Source: Folioceros fuciformis (taxonomy: Eukaryota). Taken from it: DNA of 45,815 nt. Both the position numbers and the translations under genes were made by a program. The notes under the pieces are model-generated. The model made no database searches, was not told the origin of the DNA, and was given only the letters and a program-made list of their open reading frames with translations. Positions 32,474-44,655 of this stretch are shown here, one piece after another (positions within the stretch are counted from its first letter, which is position 1; every line of letters starts with the position of its first letter). Where the stretch lies: positions 408,981-454,795 of the forward strand of contig JBNGIO010006249.1 in the NCBI GenBank assembly GCA_049999805.1, in the 5' to 3' direction.

Positions 32474-35030
32474 ATGCCTTCAGCTGGTGATGCTTCTTTC
32501 TCCATGCGAGTACACGCTGTCTGCCCTTTCGCTGCTGCTTCTACTGGGTCTTGATGCATTGCTGGCTTTCACAGAGATTCCAGGTTACTACTTCGATCCA
32601 GTACGAAAGAAGTTCTTCAAAATACTGAAGAGTCAGCATGGAGCTGGCCAAATGTTTGGACGAGAGTCTCCTGAGGTATGTCCAGAGGGTACCAGGTTGG
32701 ATGGATCGCGTTCGGTTTGGAAAGGTTTGATTTAGGATTTCGGGTTGGCGATCGTCTCAGGTGCTGTCAGTGGCTTGGACTGACCACGGTAGGTGAATGT
32801 GCGGTTGGAATGTTAGGTTGCCGAGAAGAGCTTGCCTAACAGGACGCAAAAACGGAGTATCTCAGGTGTTGGTGCTGGTGTGCTTCAGCTTCTTGGTCAA
32901 AGGCAGGTATCTGGGCTTAGGAGCGCCTCGTTCCAGGAGCGATGGATGGAAGAACAATCACTTGAGCCACGGGTATGTTTGATTGCATGTCATTGTGGGT
33001 CTATGCCAGTAGCAGTGCCTGTTGAGCTTGTGAACTGTTTCAACCCTAGTCATGTATTGCACTTCGGGGCTCACTTTAATGTTTTCAGGTATACGAGTAC
33101 ACGAATTGGAGGACATGCGTGGGGTCAATTGCCGACTTCGAGCAATTTTGTGTCGATACCGTTTCGGATGAAGGAATTTTGCAAGCGAATGTGCTGGTCA
33201 CTGGGAATAAACAGGGGTTTACTCAGTAAGAAACGAGACACAAATAGCAAGTGCTGCGTTGATGATAAGTTCTTTGCAGATGTGCTGAGTATGAACTCTT
33301 TGTGCAGGTCGTTCGAAGTACTCCCCGCTTCGTTCACATTAGATGACTTCATCCTTAGGGAGAAAAAACTGCCGGTCCAACTATGGGAACCCCGACATTC
33401 AGAGCTGCCTATGATGGACCAGGAGGTGGCACCACAGCTGCTTGGTGGACCAAGCCAGTTGATGAGGTCGACGATCACATCAATCAGGAGGCTCCAAGGA
33501 GCTACCAACACCAACAAAGCAGTGTATGTCCTCCCCTATGTTCTGTGTCTGTGTAGCGTTGGGAAACTCTAATTTCTCATTGTTGGCTTCACTGTTAACA
33601 GAGTCTCTGGCCTAGGGTGGTCTGGACTGGGCCAGGACACTCATGGAACTGCAGGGCTGTCCGTAGCTGAGGTGTTGGGCACGTATAACGAATCTTGTTT
33701 TAAGCTCAGTAGGAGAGCGAGATACTGTACAGAGTTGGAAATCTTGACTTTGAAGAGCAACCCCACTGGGACAGAAGTGGCCGTTGGTACGTATCTTTAG
33801 TGGCGTTCGTTCAAACTGTCGTTGAAGTTCGTTCTCACAACTCTTTTCAAGTCTTATGACCTACTGTTGGTGACGTGTGTAGTTAACTTAATGATGTGCA
33901 AATTGACAGGCACCAGACGTGGTCCTGCTCTGATTTCTGTTGAAAATGGTACCTTGCAATGGCTCCGTAGAAAGAGCTATGCTACATCTACCTTTGCTGT
34001 GGAGTTTGACAGAACAGTAAGTTTGTCTCGTCATTTGATTTGAGACAGGGAAACCGTATCTGCTCAAGTTTGGCAGCGTAATATGCAGGCCACCTCAGTT
34101 TTTTCAGAGCAAAATCCTGGCTTTTGAATGGGGTTGCAATGCAGGGGGACATGATCTTCTGTGGATCTGCGGATGGGCTTATTGTCTGTTTAGACAGACG
34201 TGATCATTACCAGCCTGCATCGACGTTGGAAATGGATTCTTGTGTCTGCAGGTAGGCTGGAAATCCGCAGAGTACGTTTTGGTTCTTTGTGTCAGACGAG
34301 TTACATCGTGTTGGCTGTGTACAGCATTGCGGCACTGGAGTCCGACGTATTTTCCTTGCTGGCAAGTACTATGAAGGGACAGGTAAATTCAAATCTCCAA
34401 GCTGTTTGCAATCTGTGGGGTTGCGGACCGCTTTCCGTTGTGAAAAGAAGGTGCGCAGGTCATCTGTGAAGCTCAGGCTCTTGAGTAACCACACTTGCAT
34501 CATCGTTGTTGGGACAGATACAAAGATGGGACAGGCGCGTCAATAGGATGCCTGTTTGTTCCTATGAAGGCAATGTTAACAGCAGCTCCTTTCTCCAGCT
34601 TGGTGTGGATGATAGAGAGATACTGCTCCTATCTGGTGAGTGACACGATTGTGTTTCATTTTCCTACACAGACGTAACAGAGACAACGCTGTAACTTTGT
34701 CCACGTTTCAGGTGGCGAAGATAGAGCTGTTCGAATCTGGAGTCTGGCTTCTGGGAAATTATTGAATGTCAGGGAAAACTTTCCTGGCGTAGTCGTTTCC
34801 ATGCGGAGGCCTATGTTCACCGGTACTGTAATGCGTCATTTATCCTTGTGCAATTATATTACATCCTATATTTTTGTCACCCGGTTTTGACACATTGTGT
34901 ACCGTGTGCAGGATGGAGTGAAGATGTCGCCCATGGATGGCAGCACAAGAGGTTTGAAGTCAATCACAGCTGGGCGATGTGGATGGCCCCACAATCTGAG
35001 AAAGGGAGTTTCTTCTACATGCATGGTTAG
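32474..35030 (+). CDS. DCAF4/WDR21-like WD40 protein (putative CUL4-DDB1 substrate receptor), multi-exon
   Basis: MPSA|EIPGYYFDPVRKKFFKI N-terminal motif (exon 1 32474-32486, exon 2 from 32575), IQRWDRR...YEGNVN (WDxR motif, ~34518-34570), GGEDRAVRIWSLASGKLL (34711 onward), and C-terminal WM...FFYMHG*. Internal exon borders are only partly resolved. Confidence 0.8.
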
Positions 35031-35556
35031 CTGAGGTTACGTGGTGGATATGATTGGCGGTGAACGCTCAGCAACATTCTTAGCAATTTCTAGACTCTTC
35101 CAAGGTAATGCGGGACTTGATAGCTACATGTTTTCACTAGGTACTCACCCGCCCTTGTCTAATAGCCGTCATGTAAATGTGGTCGCAGGAGGCTGTTTTT
35201 TGCATTGTGCAGCGGATGGTCAGCAAACGTGCCCCGCATCCAACTTCACCGTCAGGTATTCATCTCTGCTGAAGTGACTTGATTTGAAAGAATTTTTTCT
35301 GTCCAGCATTACCTATACCTTCCTCGAAGCCATTCTCAATGTTATTCTTCAAAAAGCACTCTTGAAATTTCTTCCAGGGGACAAGGGAAACGAGGAACAG
35401 ATTTTGGGAAGGTTCATGATTGACATCTCTACATAGACGCTTGCACACCAGATATGGAAATGCTGAGTCGTGTAGGTGTGTGTAGAGAGCGAGGCTGAGA
35501 CAACATTTTGGAGAGATTGATGACTACTGTGCTTAAGTCCCTAGATCTCTTTCAGA

Positions 35557-38500
35557 TTAGATATGGAGATGCTGGGGTGTCCACTGGAGAGTCATGTGCA
35601 GTTTACCGGATCTGGCGCCAGAGAGCTTGAACTCGTCAGAATACTGTCCCTCTTCTATCACCCTTGTGAGCGTGAGGACAACCCGACCTAGAAAGTCCTG
35701 GTAGCAGACAGTGGATGGCCTGGTCAGACACGGAAACCTCTCGAATGCACAAAACGGTTTACTTGCTGATTCTGCGATAAGACTCACCCGGCCAAAAGTG
35801 TCGTGATCCCAAATCTCAACAATTAAGAGGTCATGGTTGGCATCCTCCACCAGAAAGTCGAATTCTTGATTCCAATTGGGGTTCAGATCCTGGAAAACAA
35901 TCTGTGATTGTCTTGGATTAGCTCCTTGTTGAGCCATGTCGTTCAGTAAAAACCATTGGAGCATCCAGGAGTTCTTACCTTGGTCTTCTTCTTTGTTGAG
36001 TCATTCTTCTTCATGCACAGCGAGGCGTAGGGGTCGCTCGTGCCCAAGTAATCTGCGGCTGTGAGTGCTTCAGCCCGTTCAACCCTGACAGTTAAAATGC
36101 CACGAACAATTTCCTTGTTCCTCATGATAGAAGACCGGCGCTCTCTTGTACGTGGAAGCAAGGCAGCGGAAGATCCTGCACCCATGTCGAGCGACGGAGC
36201 TCTCGTCGCGTTGTCTTGTGGGTTTGCCATGATTTGCTTACCCTTGACACTTGCGCGAGCATCAGGTGCTTGAGGGTGAAAGAGAAGCTCCACGTGAACC
36301 TGCATCTCGTGCTCATATTGAATGGCATTCTGGAAAGTACATCGGAACGGAGAAAAATTCTGCGATCCATGGGCACTGTGCTTGCGGGCTGTCAACGACA
36401 GTTTGAAAATGCTGTGGTGGGGACAATTTACCTTGCCTCTGTACTTGATGTTCGTCGTGTCCTCGAGATCCTTCATCAGGTTCAGCCATTTCTCGACTGA
36501 GACCCAGGGCTGCAAATCTTTCAGGAACACTTGTGCAACCCCTATCAGTTGACTCTCCTGCAGCCCTTCTTCATCAAGGACACGAATCACGAGCTTCTGT
36601 GCATCCAGATCCTCCACCTCCAGCTCAAAGTGTTCATCCCATACAGGATTGAGATCATTGCCCTGGCATTTTCCAGATATTCAAACACATGACACCGCGG
36701 TAATTTCGGAGCCAGATGCCATTACAGCACTTCCTTCAGAGATCGCAATTGAGGTGGCAGAGAGACATTATGAAAGTGAATCTCGAATGTGTCGGGCGTA
36801 CTTGACTCTTACTATTGTCCGGCTCCTCTTCATGTAGCTTGGTATAGGCCTGACGTACAGTAGGGCAAACGGGTCCGACTTGCCAACCAGATCTTTGTTT
36901 GGCAAATCCGTTGCCTGAACCAGTCGGACATTCAGCATACCAATCGGTTTTGTGGTCAAAGCCTCGGGGCTGTGAAACAAGATGTTGCGTCTCTTTGGCA
37001 GAAGATTTCGGGGAAGGCTGCACAACCACAAGGCAACACCAACAGGGGTATCACGGAAGGTGATAGGTACATTCCACATACGAATGGAGCATTTCACATT
37101 CCGCTTTGGTACAGGAAGATGTATCTGTCCATACTTGTCATATCCTGACAAGACAGGAACGACTTGTCTCATTGGCCATTCCACGGTATCCATAATGGCC
37201 GTTCTCAGCATTCCCTGCACAATTTCCCAAATCCAAGCTTCAACCCGCTAAAACAGCAGTGAACTACTCGTCAATCATACTTCAACCGTTGAAAGAGCGG
37301 AATGTGATTCTCGGTAAGATTAACAATCTGAAAATAGAAAGTCTTCTCACATACATCTAGCATACCGAATAGTCCGGGAACGATGCTCCTCTCCCCGCCA
37401 ACCACCTTAAGTGTGAAGTTCAACCTTTTCTGTCCACACGAATAGGATATGCATCTGAAAAACGAACGAACTCTCCCTTCCTTCATGTACATTTGACGTA
37501 GTGAAGAGTCAGATGAGTGAGCGGGATCGCGAGGTACCTTGTTGATCAAGGTGTACGTAAATGCTCCAAAACAGGGGAGCTGATCTACCAATGGCTTGAA
37601 GACCAGACGAAACACTCCATTGATGCCAAAATCCTTCACCTGGAAAGGATGCGTTTGTCACTTTTGGACAGGTCTGGCCTTAGGATGAGCAAGCATGCTT
37701 TACAAAATTCGGGACTGCCACCTGAATAGGAAGCGCAACGCCTAGCAAGGTCCCCACAGCAAGAATAATGCTTGGATTACCGTCCCACTGCACCTCCACA
37801 TCCATGGCAATTTCCCCCTCCGTTGGGCTTTCGACCATCTGTACTCCTGCGACAGCTCACCACCTTGAACCACAGAAGCAATTGCTGTAAAGCCCGACAG
37901 GCCGAAATTAGTGTTTTTCAAGCAAACCATACCTAGGAACTGAGGAGCGATTGTGCCCAGAGTAAACTTTTGAAATTTGAGCGACGCCAGAACAGTCGGT
38001 CGGTAGTACTCCAGAATCGGCTCCAGCGACTCCTTGCAGAGTTGAGATGCCGCCTGCTTGTGAAACAGTGCCTCAAAAGTCTGCACGACCACTTCTCGGA
38101 CTTTCGCACACCTACTGCAATTGTCTGTATGAATCCAATGTTTCCTCACGAATATTGCTCAGACCGTTAGCAGCCTGCAGAGGAAAGAAAGACACACCTG
38201 ATTCACAAGAGGCCAGACCTTCACCATCTTCTCGTTCAGCCACCCTACCTGCCAACCCACCATTCGGTTCTACGCGAATTCCGCTTGCCGCTGACAAAAG
38301 TTTGAATCTTGACACCGACAATCTTACCTTCTCAAGCTCTGCAAACACAATCCACCTTGGGTACACAGCTTGAGGGAACAGCTTTCTCAGGTCCTGCAAA
38401 TTCATCCTAGATAGCACCGCCGTATTTACCGCCTGCAAAATGCCTCCTTGAGTCAGCCACGAGGCATCAATATGCCGTCTGTAGCTCCCTGCCATAGCGT

Positions 38501-38775
38501 ACAACGTGACATGCTAAATTCGAAATAATCTATCCTGAAGTCTTCCGTAGGGTGCATTTGTTCAGAGTCTTCAGCAACATTCTGAGCATCCAGAGCTCCT
38601 TTGAAGCATGCAGCAGAAACGGAAGGCAAAGCAGCAGAAGAGTATTTACAATTCTTCGACGGTGCTTGGAGCGCCTTTTTGCAAGAAGGCTGAAAAACCA
38701 GATGATCAAGATGCCAATCGGAATTCCAGCCATCGTTCCGATGACGAAATTGGAGGTGAAGATGCTTCTTGGCAT
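35557..38775 (-). CDS. Synaptotagmin (SYT4/SYT5-like): N-terminal TM, SMP domain, two C2 domains; multi-exon
   Basis: TM GTMAGIPIGILIIWFFSLL. SMP motifs VGWLNEKMVKVWPLVNQ|AAS, LKFQKFTLGTIAPQF, QWDGNPSIIL and GVFRLVFKPLVDQLPCFGA. C2A DLVGKSDPF...DLNPVWDEHF. C2B GTSDPY...DLNPNWNQEFDFLVED...WDHDTFG. Confidence 0.93.
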
Positions 38776-39480
38776 GGCTGTGTGTAGCAGTAGCAGCTCT
38801 TCCAGGGCCAAGCAATCCAGGCAAGATTGAGATGGATGAGAGGATTCATTGGATTTCAACTTCCAATTGCCAATGGCTGCATGTAGCCAGGCGTGCTTGC
38901 CAGTAACTCGGATTCACACAAGGGCATGGCCAAGCCGAGATGCGCTCGTAGCGGACGGTCCGATGATGCCGCTCCAAGTGTTACAAGTTCCCGTGCTGGG
39001 AGCAGATTGGGAACAACGAAGAGCACGCTCGCAAGCTTTGCCAACAGTGTCATACCTGCATGAACCTTGGCCTCGTCGCCCGGACGGCAGAAGTAAAACG
39101 GGCAGCCGCCTGCCTGCTCCCGTTAGCCACAGCCGTTAGGTCGTCCTCTACCGTCAACCATATGGATAGATAGCCAGCCTTTCGACTTCTCGTGGACGGT
39201 GCACCGACAACGATAGACGCCTGACAGACGATGAGATGCATTGATCTAGAGTCCAGTGCGTAGCAAACGAAGCAAACTGGAGTAGCTCAAGTACATAGAA
39301 AGCTACTGCAGCCATGGCAGAGCGTGATGATAACACAGAGCGAGAAACAGCAAGAGAGACGAACAGTTGCCGACACTGGCATGGCGTGCCTCACCACACC
39401 GAAGTAAAATCCTAACCATCCTCGAGCTTCAAGCTTCCATCCTACTCCTTACTAGCCAAGGTGCAGCATGCGGTGCACGC

Positions 39481-39786
39481 TCAGGGGAAGTAGTCCGGCC
39501 AGATGTGGTAGTAAGTGTCCCGCTGCACCTTGTTCAGCGCCTTGTTCCACTTGAAATCATACGTCTTCTTCCCCTTCTTGCGCGCCGCCTTGAGCTGATG
39601 ATTCTCGCACACCATGGCCCAGTCGTGCCAGTTCCAGGCGTTGCAGTTCTGCTCCCAGTAGTACGGGCACACGAAGGAGTAGACGGAGAAGGCCACCGCG
39701 CCCCAAAAAATGCTGCTGAAGGCCTCCCGGTCGGAGTGCGGCACTCCGGGGTCGCCAGTGTACGCGGGCCCGAACATCTTCTCCAT
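39481..39786 (-). CDS. Mitochondrial complex I accessory subunit P1 (plant 11-kDa, SGDH/NDUFB5-equivalent)
   Basis: MEKMFGPAYTGDPGVPHSD...F.W.G...PYYW...NWHD...YDFKWNK...RDTYY..WPDYFP matches the recalled plant P1 consensus (MEKYFGNAYRGDPGVPH...WPVYFP). Confidence 0.9.
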   Translation of the reverse strand: MEKMFGPAYTGDPGVPHSDREAFSSIFWGAVAFSVYSFVCPYYWEQNCNAWNWHDWAMVCENHQLKAARKKGKKTYDFKWNKALNKVQRDTYYHIWPDYFP

Positions 39787-40129
39787 GGCGACCTGCTGCG
39801 CTCAGGACCACAGGACGGGGAAGCTCACTTTACGAAAGGGGCATGGAACCAAGGCAGGGTCTTCGAAAACGAGAATTGCTTCCTTCACTACCCTAAGGCC
39901 CTATAAAAACGGTGGGATGTCAAACTACTGAGACGGACAAGTTCTTCTCCAAGTCGGCACAAGAAGGTGAGCCGACGGCGGAACAGTAATAGACTTCAGC
40001 AGCATCAGGCAGTTCATAGCAGCTGGCCAAGGGAAACGAAGAGAAGGTGTGTTCACATCTTGACGCTGGGATCAGGTCGTGGGTCGCGGCGGATACAGCC
40101 ATCGATGTCCCATACCTTCGGTCAACAAC

Positions 40130-41477
40130 ATGGGGGAAAGCTCTGCCATATTGTCGCCAGCAAACAGGAGAGTGAACGCAAATCCGTTCGGATCTCTGCC
40201 ACCACCCAAGCCGTATGGATTGCCGGAGCGGAATGAGCCGGAGGTGGGATGGTCTGCCATGGCCCGCAGGCACCAGTTTCTGCTCTTGATGCTGGGCATC
40301 CTGACCTTCCTCTGCACCGTTTACCTCTACTTCGCCATCACCATGGGGGCTAGAGACTCGTGCGCGGGGCTGCAGGGGACGCAGAGGGCGGCCTGCCGGG
40401 TAGCGAAGGGCGGGCTGGGGCATCGCCGGCTGCTGGAGGAAGGGGATGGGAATGTGATGGAGCAGGCGTCGCCTTCTTGTGAGTTGGGGCAACTGGGGGA
40501 CGGAGCACTGGTGGTCTTCGATTGCGTGTAGGCCGAGGCTGAGTTCGCTAATTTTGTGCAGGTAGTGGGGTGTTGGAGGCGGACAGATCCGGTAGAGATC
40601 TCGGTGTGCGGAGGTTAGATGTGCTTTTCTTGAGGACTATGGGTGATGCGGTTTTGACGCTGGCATGGCATGGTAGCCTGACGTTATTTCTTGCTGTGGG
40701 ATGCTGGGCCTTGAAGGGATTCGCATGTTACGGATGACGATGAAGAGCCTTTCTTGTTCCTGCAGCTACAGCCACTGTCTGACAGGTTAGTTGCGAGCAT
40801 AACTTTCTGAGTTACAGGGACACGGGCATGTCCCCTTCATGCTGCTGCAGGAGGGCAAGCTGTTCTGGGCAAGCTGATTGTAGACTACCGTGGCCGTCTG
40901 CTTGTGGTTTTACAGTTTTTCCGCTCACGTGACGAACAAAGGTCCAGCAAACGTAGTGCCCTGCAGCTTGAGCAGGGGTCCGAATTGGTGAGTTGGAGTC
41001 CCTCCCAGACTCCCTTTACTTTCATACAGCCACTTTGATCCATACCTGATCCTGCACCCGTGCTCGTTTCAGGTGTCTCGCACCCAGGGCCAATGAGGAC
41101 AGATTCCACATGATCAATGCTATTCATCTACTGAGGCATCAACCGAGCAGGTGTGGAATTGGTGGCAAGGCCAAGTGCTCGTCGTTTGGATGTCTCATGT
41201 GCTGAGCTTTGTGATGTCATTGACCGGTGTTGTTTGGTTTTATGACAGACAAGAAGCTATTGCCATGCTCTCAGACCTAGATAGGGTACTCCGACCTGGT
41301 AGGACTGCATCGTTTCGAGACACGCGAGAAATGGAGGAGGTGGTCCGAGAGGCTGCTCCGTCCCTGAAATGGGAAGTGGTTGCGTTCCAAGATGGTGGCA
41401 ACGCCAGTCCATTTAATTATCTGAGTTTGAGGAAGGCGGAAGAAGATGTTGGACAGGCTGCCAGGTCATGTCTTTAA
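40130..41477 (+). CDS. Single-pass membrane protein predicted to be spliced to a degenerate Methyltransf_29 (PMT-like) C-terminal module; exons 40130-40478, 40562-40613, 40916-40987, 41073-41150, 41249-41477 (259 aa)
   Basis: Exon 1 encodes RRHQFLLLMLGILTFLCTVYLYFAITMGARDSCAGLQGTQRAAC, a conserved small plant membrane protein. Four GT-AG introns keep frame through FSAHVTNKGPANVVP, NW|CL, DRFHMINAIHLL and MLSDLDRVLRPG...FRDTREMEEVV...LKWEV. An unspliced form would stop at 40531. Confidence 0.7.
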
Positions 41478-41894
41478 CACCTGAACAATTTTGCTCAGGT
41501 CTGCATGTTTGCAGAACCTGGTGTCCTGGTTGATTTGTGTTTCATTTCGTTGCACAAATCTGCACATGTGACTGTCCGGCTTGGGTGCCAAAAGAATCAT
41601 CCACGCAGCTGGCGGAAGGGGTGTTCGCAATTTGGATGCCGATGCTATGTACCTAATAAGGGGTTGTGGACGTTTATATTATTTAAAAGTATACATCAAT
41701 GAGGGGATTACGTCTTTGTCTACATGTCCAGCTCGTAATCTTACCTGACGAAAAACCTTCATCCAAAGGGAATGATGATGGATCAACACCAAGCCGTCAT
41801 GGGGTCGAAAACTGGCAGTGCGTAGCAAACAGACCACTGAAAAGGGACAAAGGCAGGAAGCCGCATCCTGACTTCCCCAGCGAGTCCAGCATGA

Positions 41895-43367
41895 TCAAAC
41901 AGTTTGAAGCTGGTGTCGGTCGACGTTCAGGGATCCACGGGCATCAACACGGGGCAGGAAGGTGCCGAAGGAAAATTCTTGCCCACCAAAAGGCTCCTCT
42001 TTGCCAGGGTAAGAATGTTCGGGCACCTGTTCCCACTCGCTCGCTTCCGACCTCCACAAGAAGACAGACATCTTACACGGCTGACAAAAATCCAGAACGT
42101 AGAACATATCCAAACTCCCGGCAACTTGGAGATTGTCTGCCCTTAAGGAACGGTAACGGAAGAAGGACTCGGGCTCTTGGAGGAAGAACTTGGACTCCGG
42201 TATGGGCCTGGAATCATCGTCCACGGGCCCACGCTTGTCCTTCCAAAACCTGGTAACACGGACTTGCCACGACGGGCAGTATCCGAATTCAAGAAGCGCA
42301 GGGGCTGTGCGACGACAGTCCGCAGGAGCACTGTCCTCCACAAAGAGGCAAGGGCATTGCCACCATCCCTGCAATGCGGTTAGGGTAGCGGAAGAGCACT
42401 GCATGTATTCGAACCGATCCTGCTTCACCAGGTAGGAGACGATTCGCAGGCTCCTGGGGCTGGCGAAGTCGAATAAGTTGAAGAGCAAGTGGACGACATC
42501 CTTGGAGGTGGTGCACCCTGTTTGGTGGAGAAGGGTACAGCTAGTGCCCGTGGGAAGCCCCAAAGTGTCTCCCTGCCTCCACTGCTCCTCGCCGGAATCA
42601 TAAATGTCGACCGTCACTGTGGCACCTCGCCGTCGGAAGTGAAAGATTTTGAAACTCTTGGTGTTGTCGTCCACGATAAGCTCATGCGCGTACTCGCCAT
42701 GATCGTAGTACCCAGACTCATCCGCCACCCAGTAGTAATCACTTCTGGGAGGAGGGAAAGGCACCTCCTGCCAGGACCCGCGCAAGGGATTGCCCACCCA
42801 GTACCGGAATCCCTGACAAGCCCGCGTCCTGGGCCACCCGCCGCCAATGTAGCGCCAGTAGCGCCAACGCTCCCGCAGCAGCACCAGACCCGAGTCGCCT
42901 CCTGCGCCCCTGCCCACCTCCACCTCGCTGCATTCGTCTGTGGGCAGCCGGATGTTGTACCACCGGCATGAAGCCGGGTCGAAGGCGAGGCAGACGGTGT
43001 TGCGGCTGGTGCGGAAAGGCAGGCGGCTGACGCCGCGGTAGATTGTGATGCGGCGGTCGGGGGCCGGCATCGTGCTCGACTCGAAGCGAGGAATCGTGCG
43101 ACAGATCAACAACCAGGGCTCCTTCATCTGGGGACCCTCTAATGCGTGAGACGTGATGAATTGGTTCCACGCCCTGCTCACCGATCGCAGCTGTGCCAGG
43201 CTCACCGCCGGTAACCGAGCTAATATGTTCTCCACCACATCCTCCGGCAGCTCCTGCATCGGGCACCTGCTGGATGCCACTGCGGGAAGCTCATCGAGCA
43301 CTGTCTCCGGCACATCCTCCTTCTCCTGGGCCAGCGCTGCTGGAAGCTGACCGGACTTGGACGCCAT
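41895..43367 (-). CDS. F-box protein with divergent beta-propeller/FBA-like C-terminus (intronless)
   Basis: F-box LPEDVVENILARLPAVSLAQLRSVSRAWN, followed by LAFDP...W, YWVGNPLRGSWQEVP and VDIYDSGEEQW, typical of plant F-box/kelch-like proteins. 490-aa open frame. Confidence 0.88.
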   Translation of the reverse strand: MASKSGQLPAALAQEKEDVPETVLDELPAVASSRCPMQELPEDVVENILARLPAVSLAQLRSVSRAWNQFITSHALEGPQMKEPWLLICRTIPRFESSTMPAPDRRITIYRGVSRLPFRTSRNTVCLAFDPASCRWYNIRLPTDECSEVEVGRGAGGDSGLVLLRERWRYWRYIGGGWPRTRACQGFRYWVGNPLRGSWQEVPFPPPRSDYYWVADESGYYDHGEYAHELIVDDNTKSFKIFHFRRRGATVTVDIYDSGEEQWRQGDTLGLPTGTSCTLLHQTGCTTSKDVVHLLFNLFDFASPRSLRIVSYLVKQDRFEYMQCSSATLTALQGWWQCPCLFVEDSAPADCRRTAPALLEFGYCPSWQVRVTRFWKDKRGPVDDDSRPIPESKFFLQEPESFFRYRSLRADNLQVAGSLDMFYVLDFCQPCKMSVFLWRSEASEWEQVPEHSYPGKEEPFGGQEFSFGTFLPRVDARGSLNVDRHQLQTV

Positions 43368-43542
43368 CCAGCAGCTCCTCCTCTGGCCGACCTACCAGCC
43401 CTCCACGCCTTCCGCTCGTGATAGGGCAGGGCAACTAAGGGAGGGGGTTGGGGAGAGTTTTATAAGAGCTTAAGGCGACCCCTACTAACCCACGAATTCC
43501 CAGCCCTAAAGCCGAAGCAGGTGTTTCAGTTTACCTCTGGTC

Positions 43543-43762
43543 CTCTAGAGTTGAGGTACTTCATCTCTTCCACCTGTGACACACTTCATCTCTAGAGTTG
43601 ACGAACTTCGTCTTTGGAGTTAACACACTTCATCTATACAGCTGACAGACACACTTCATCCATAGAGGTGACACACTTATCTCTAGTGTTGACACACTCC
43701 ATCCATAGAGGTGGCACACGTATCTCTAGAGTTGACACACTTCATCTCTAGAGCTGACACGG
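43543..43762. repeat. ~22-bp degenerate tandem array (CTCTAGAGTTGACACACTTCAT), ~9-10 units
   Basis: Repeated ctctagagttgacacacttcat variants read directly upstream of the F-box gene. Confidence 0.9.
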
Positions 43763-44655
43763 AAGATGAGGGCAACATCGAAACCATTGCTGCCACCACA
43801 AGCTGTCGTGCCTTGACAGGAGAATCGGAAATCCTCGCCAAAGCTTCGACAGCAGTCCTCACGATCACCGCGACCTGCATAGCAATTGCAGCCCCGAGCC
43901 CGCGGCATCAGAATACATCCGAAGACTAGAAAACCTCAATGAAGACGTATAAGATTACCGCATAGATCTGAGGGCTACCGACGTACATCGGTAGTAAATT
44001 TCAACCACCTATACTATACAAAAACATCTTTCCCCACAAATTTCGACAGCGGGACAATAGGATGCCGACATCCTACTTCTCCTAGCAAGCTGTCACCTTG
44101 AAGCGATCAAGGTAAGTCTGCCCACCTGCCATGATGCAAACACTGGCTAAGTCTGAGGTCCTACAAAATGCGCCACGGTCACCTAAGCAAAGGACGCGGC
44201 TGTAGACTGTACAATAAGATCTGGTACTCCTGAGCGACCTAGAAACAAAGGATGCTATAAGCTCCAAGAGAAGAGAACTAGGTTACCCCCGCTACATCCA
44301 TGCAGGGACGGGACAACTACACTTGAAACATCTGCCGTCTTAAGATAAGGCCCATGTCGAAGGCCCTCCAGCCCGGCAGGTAAAACCAAAACAACTTCCT
44401 GCACCAAACCATTTGTAGCATGAGACCAGCAGAAGCTCACACTCAGCCAATCTCACCCTCCTCTTGAGCGGTTCTCTTGTCCTGATCACATCGTTTCGTG
44501 CCAAGGACACGAAACGATATCCTGTGGACAAGAAGGCATCGAGGCATCGGCACATCCATGGCTCAACTGCACTATCTGAACCACACTTGTCTCTGATCAC
44601 GACCCGAAGGAATACCACCACATTACAAGCTTATTGCACAGTAGGATCCATCGAC

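Noticed and set aside
43543-43762. CRISPR-like appearance of the 22-bp array (and of the 70-bp array at 30791-31110)
   Set aside because: Units are contiguous without unique spacers, there are no cas genes, and the context is eukaryotic; these are minisatellites.
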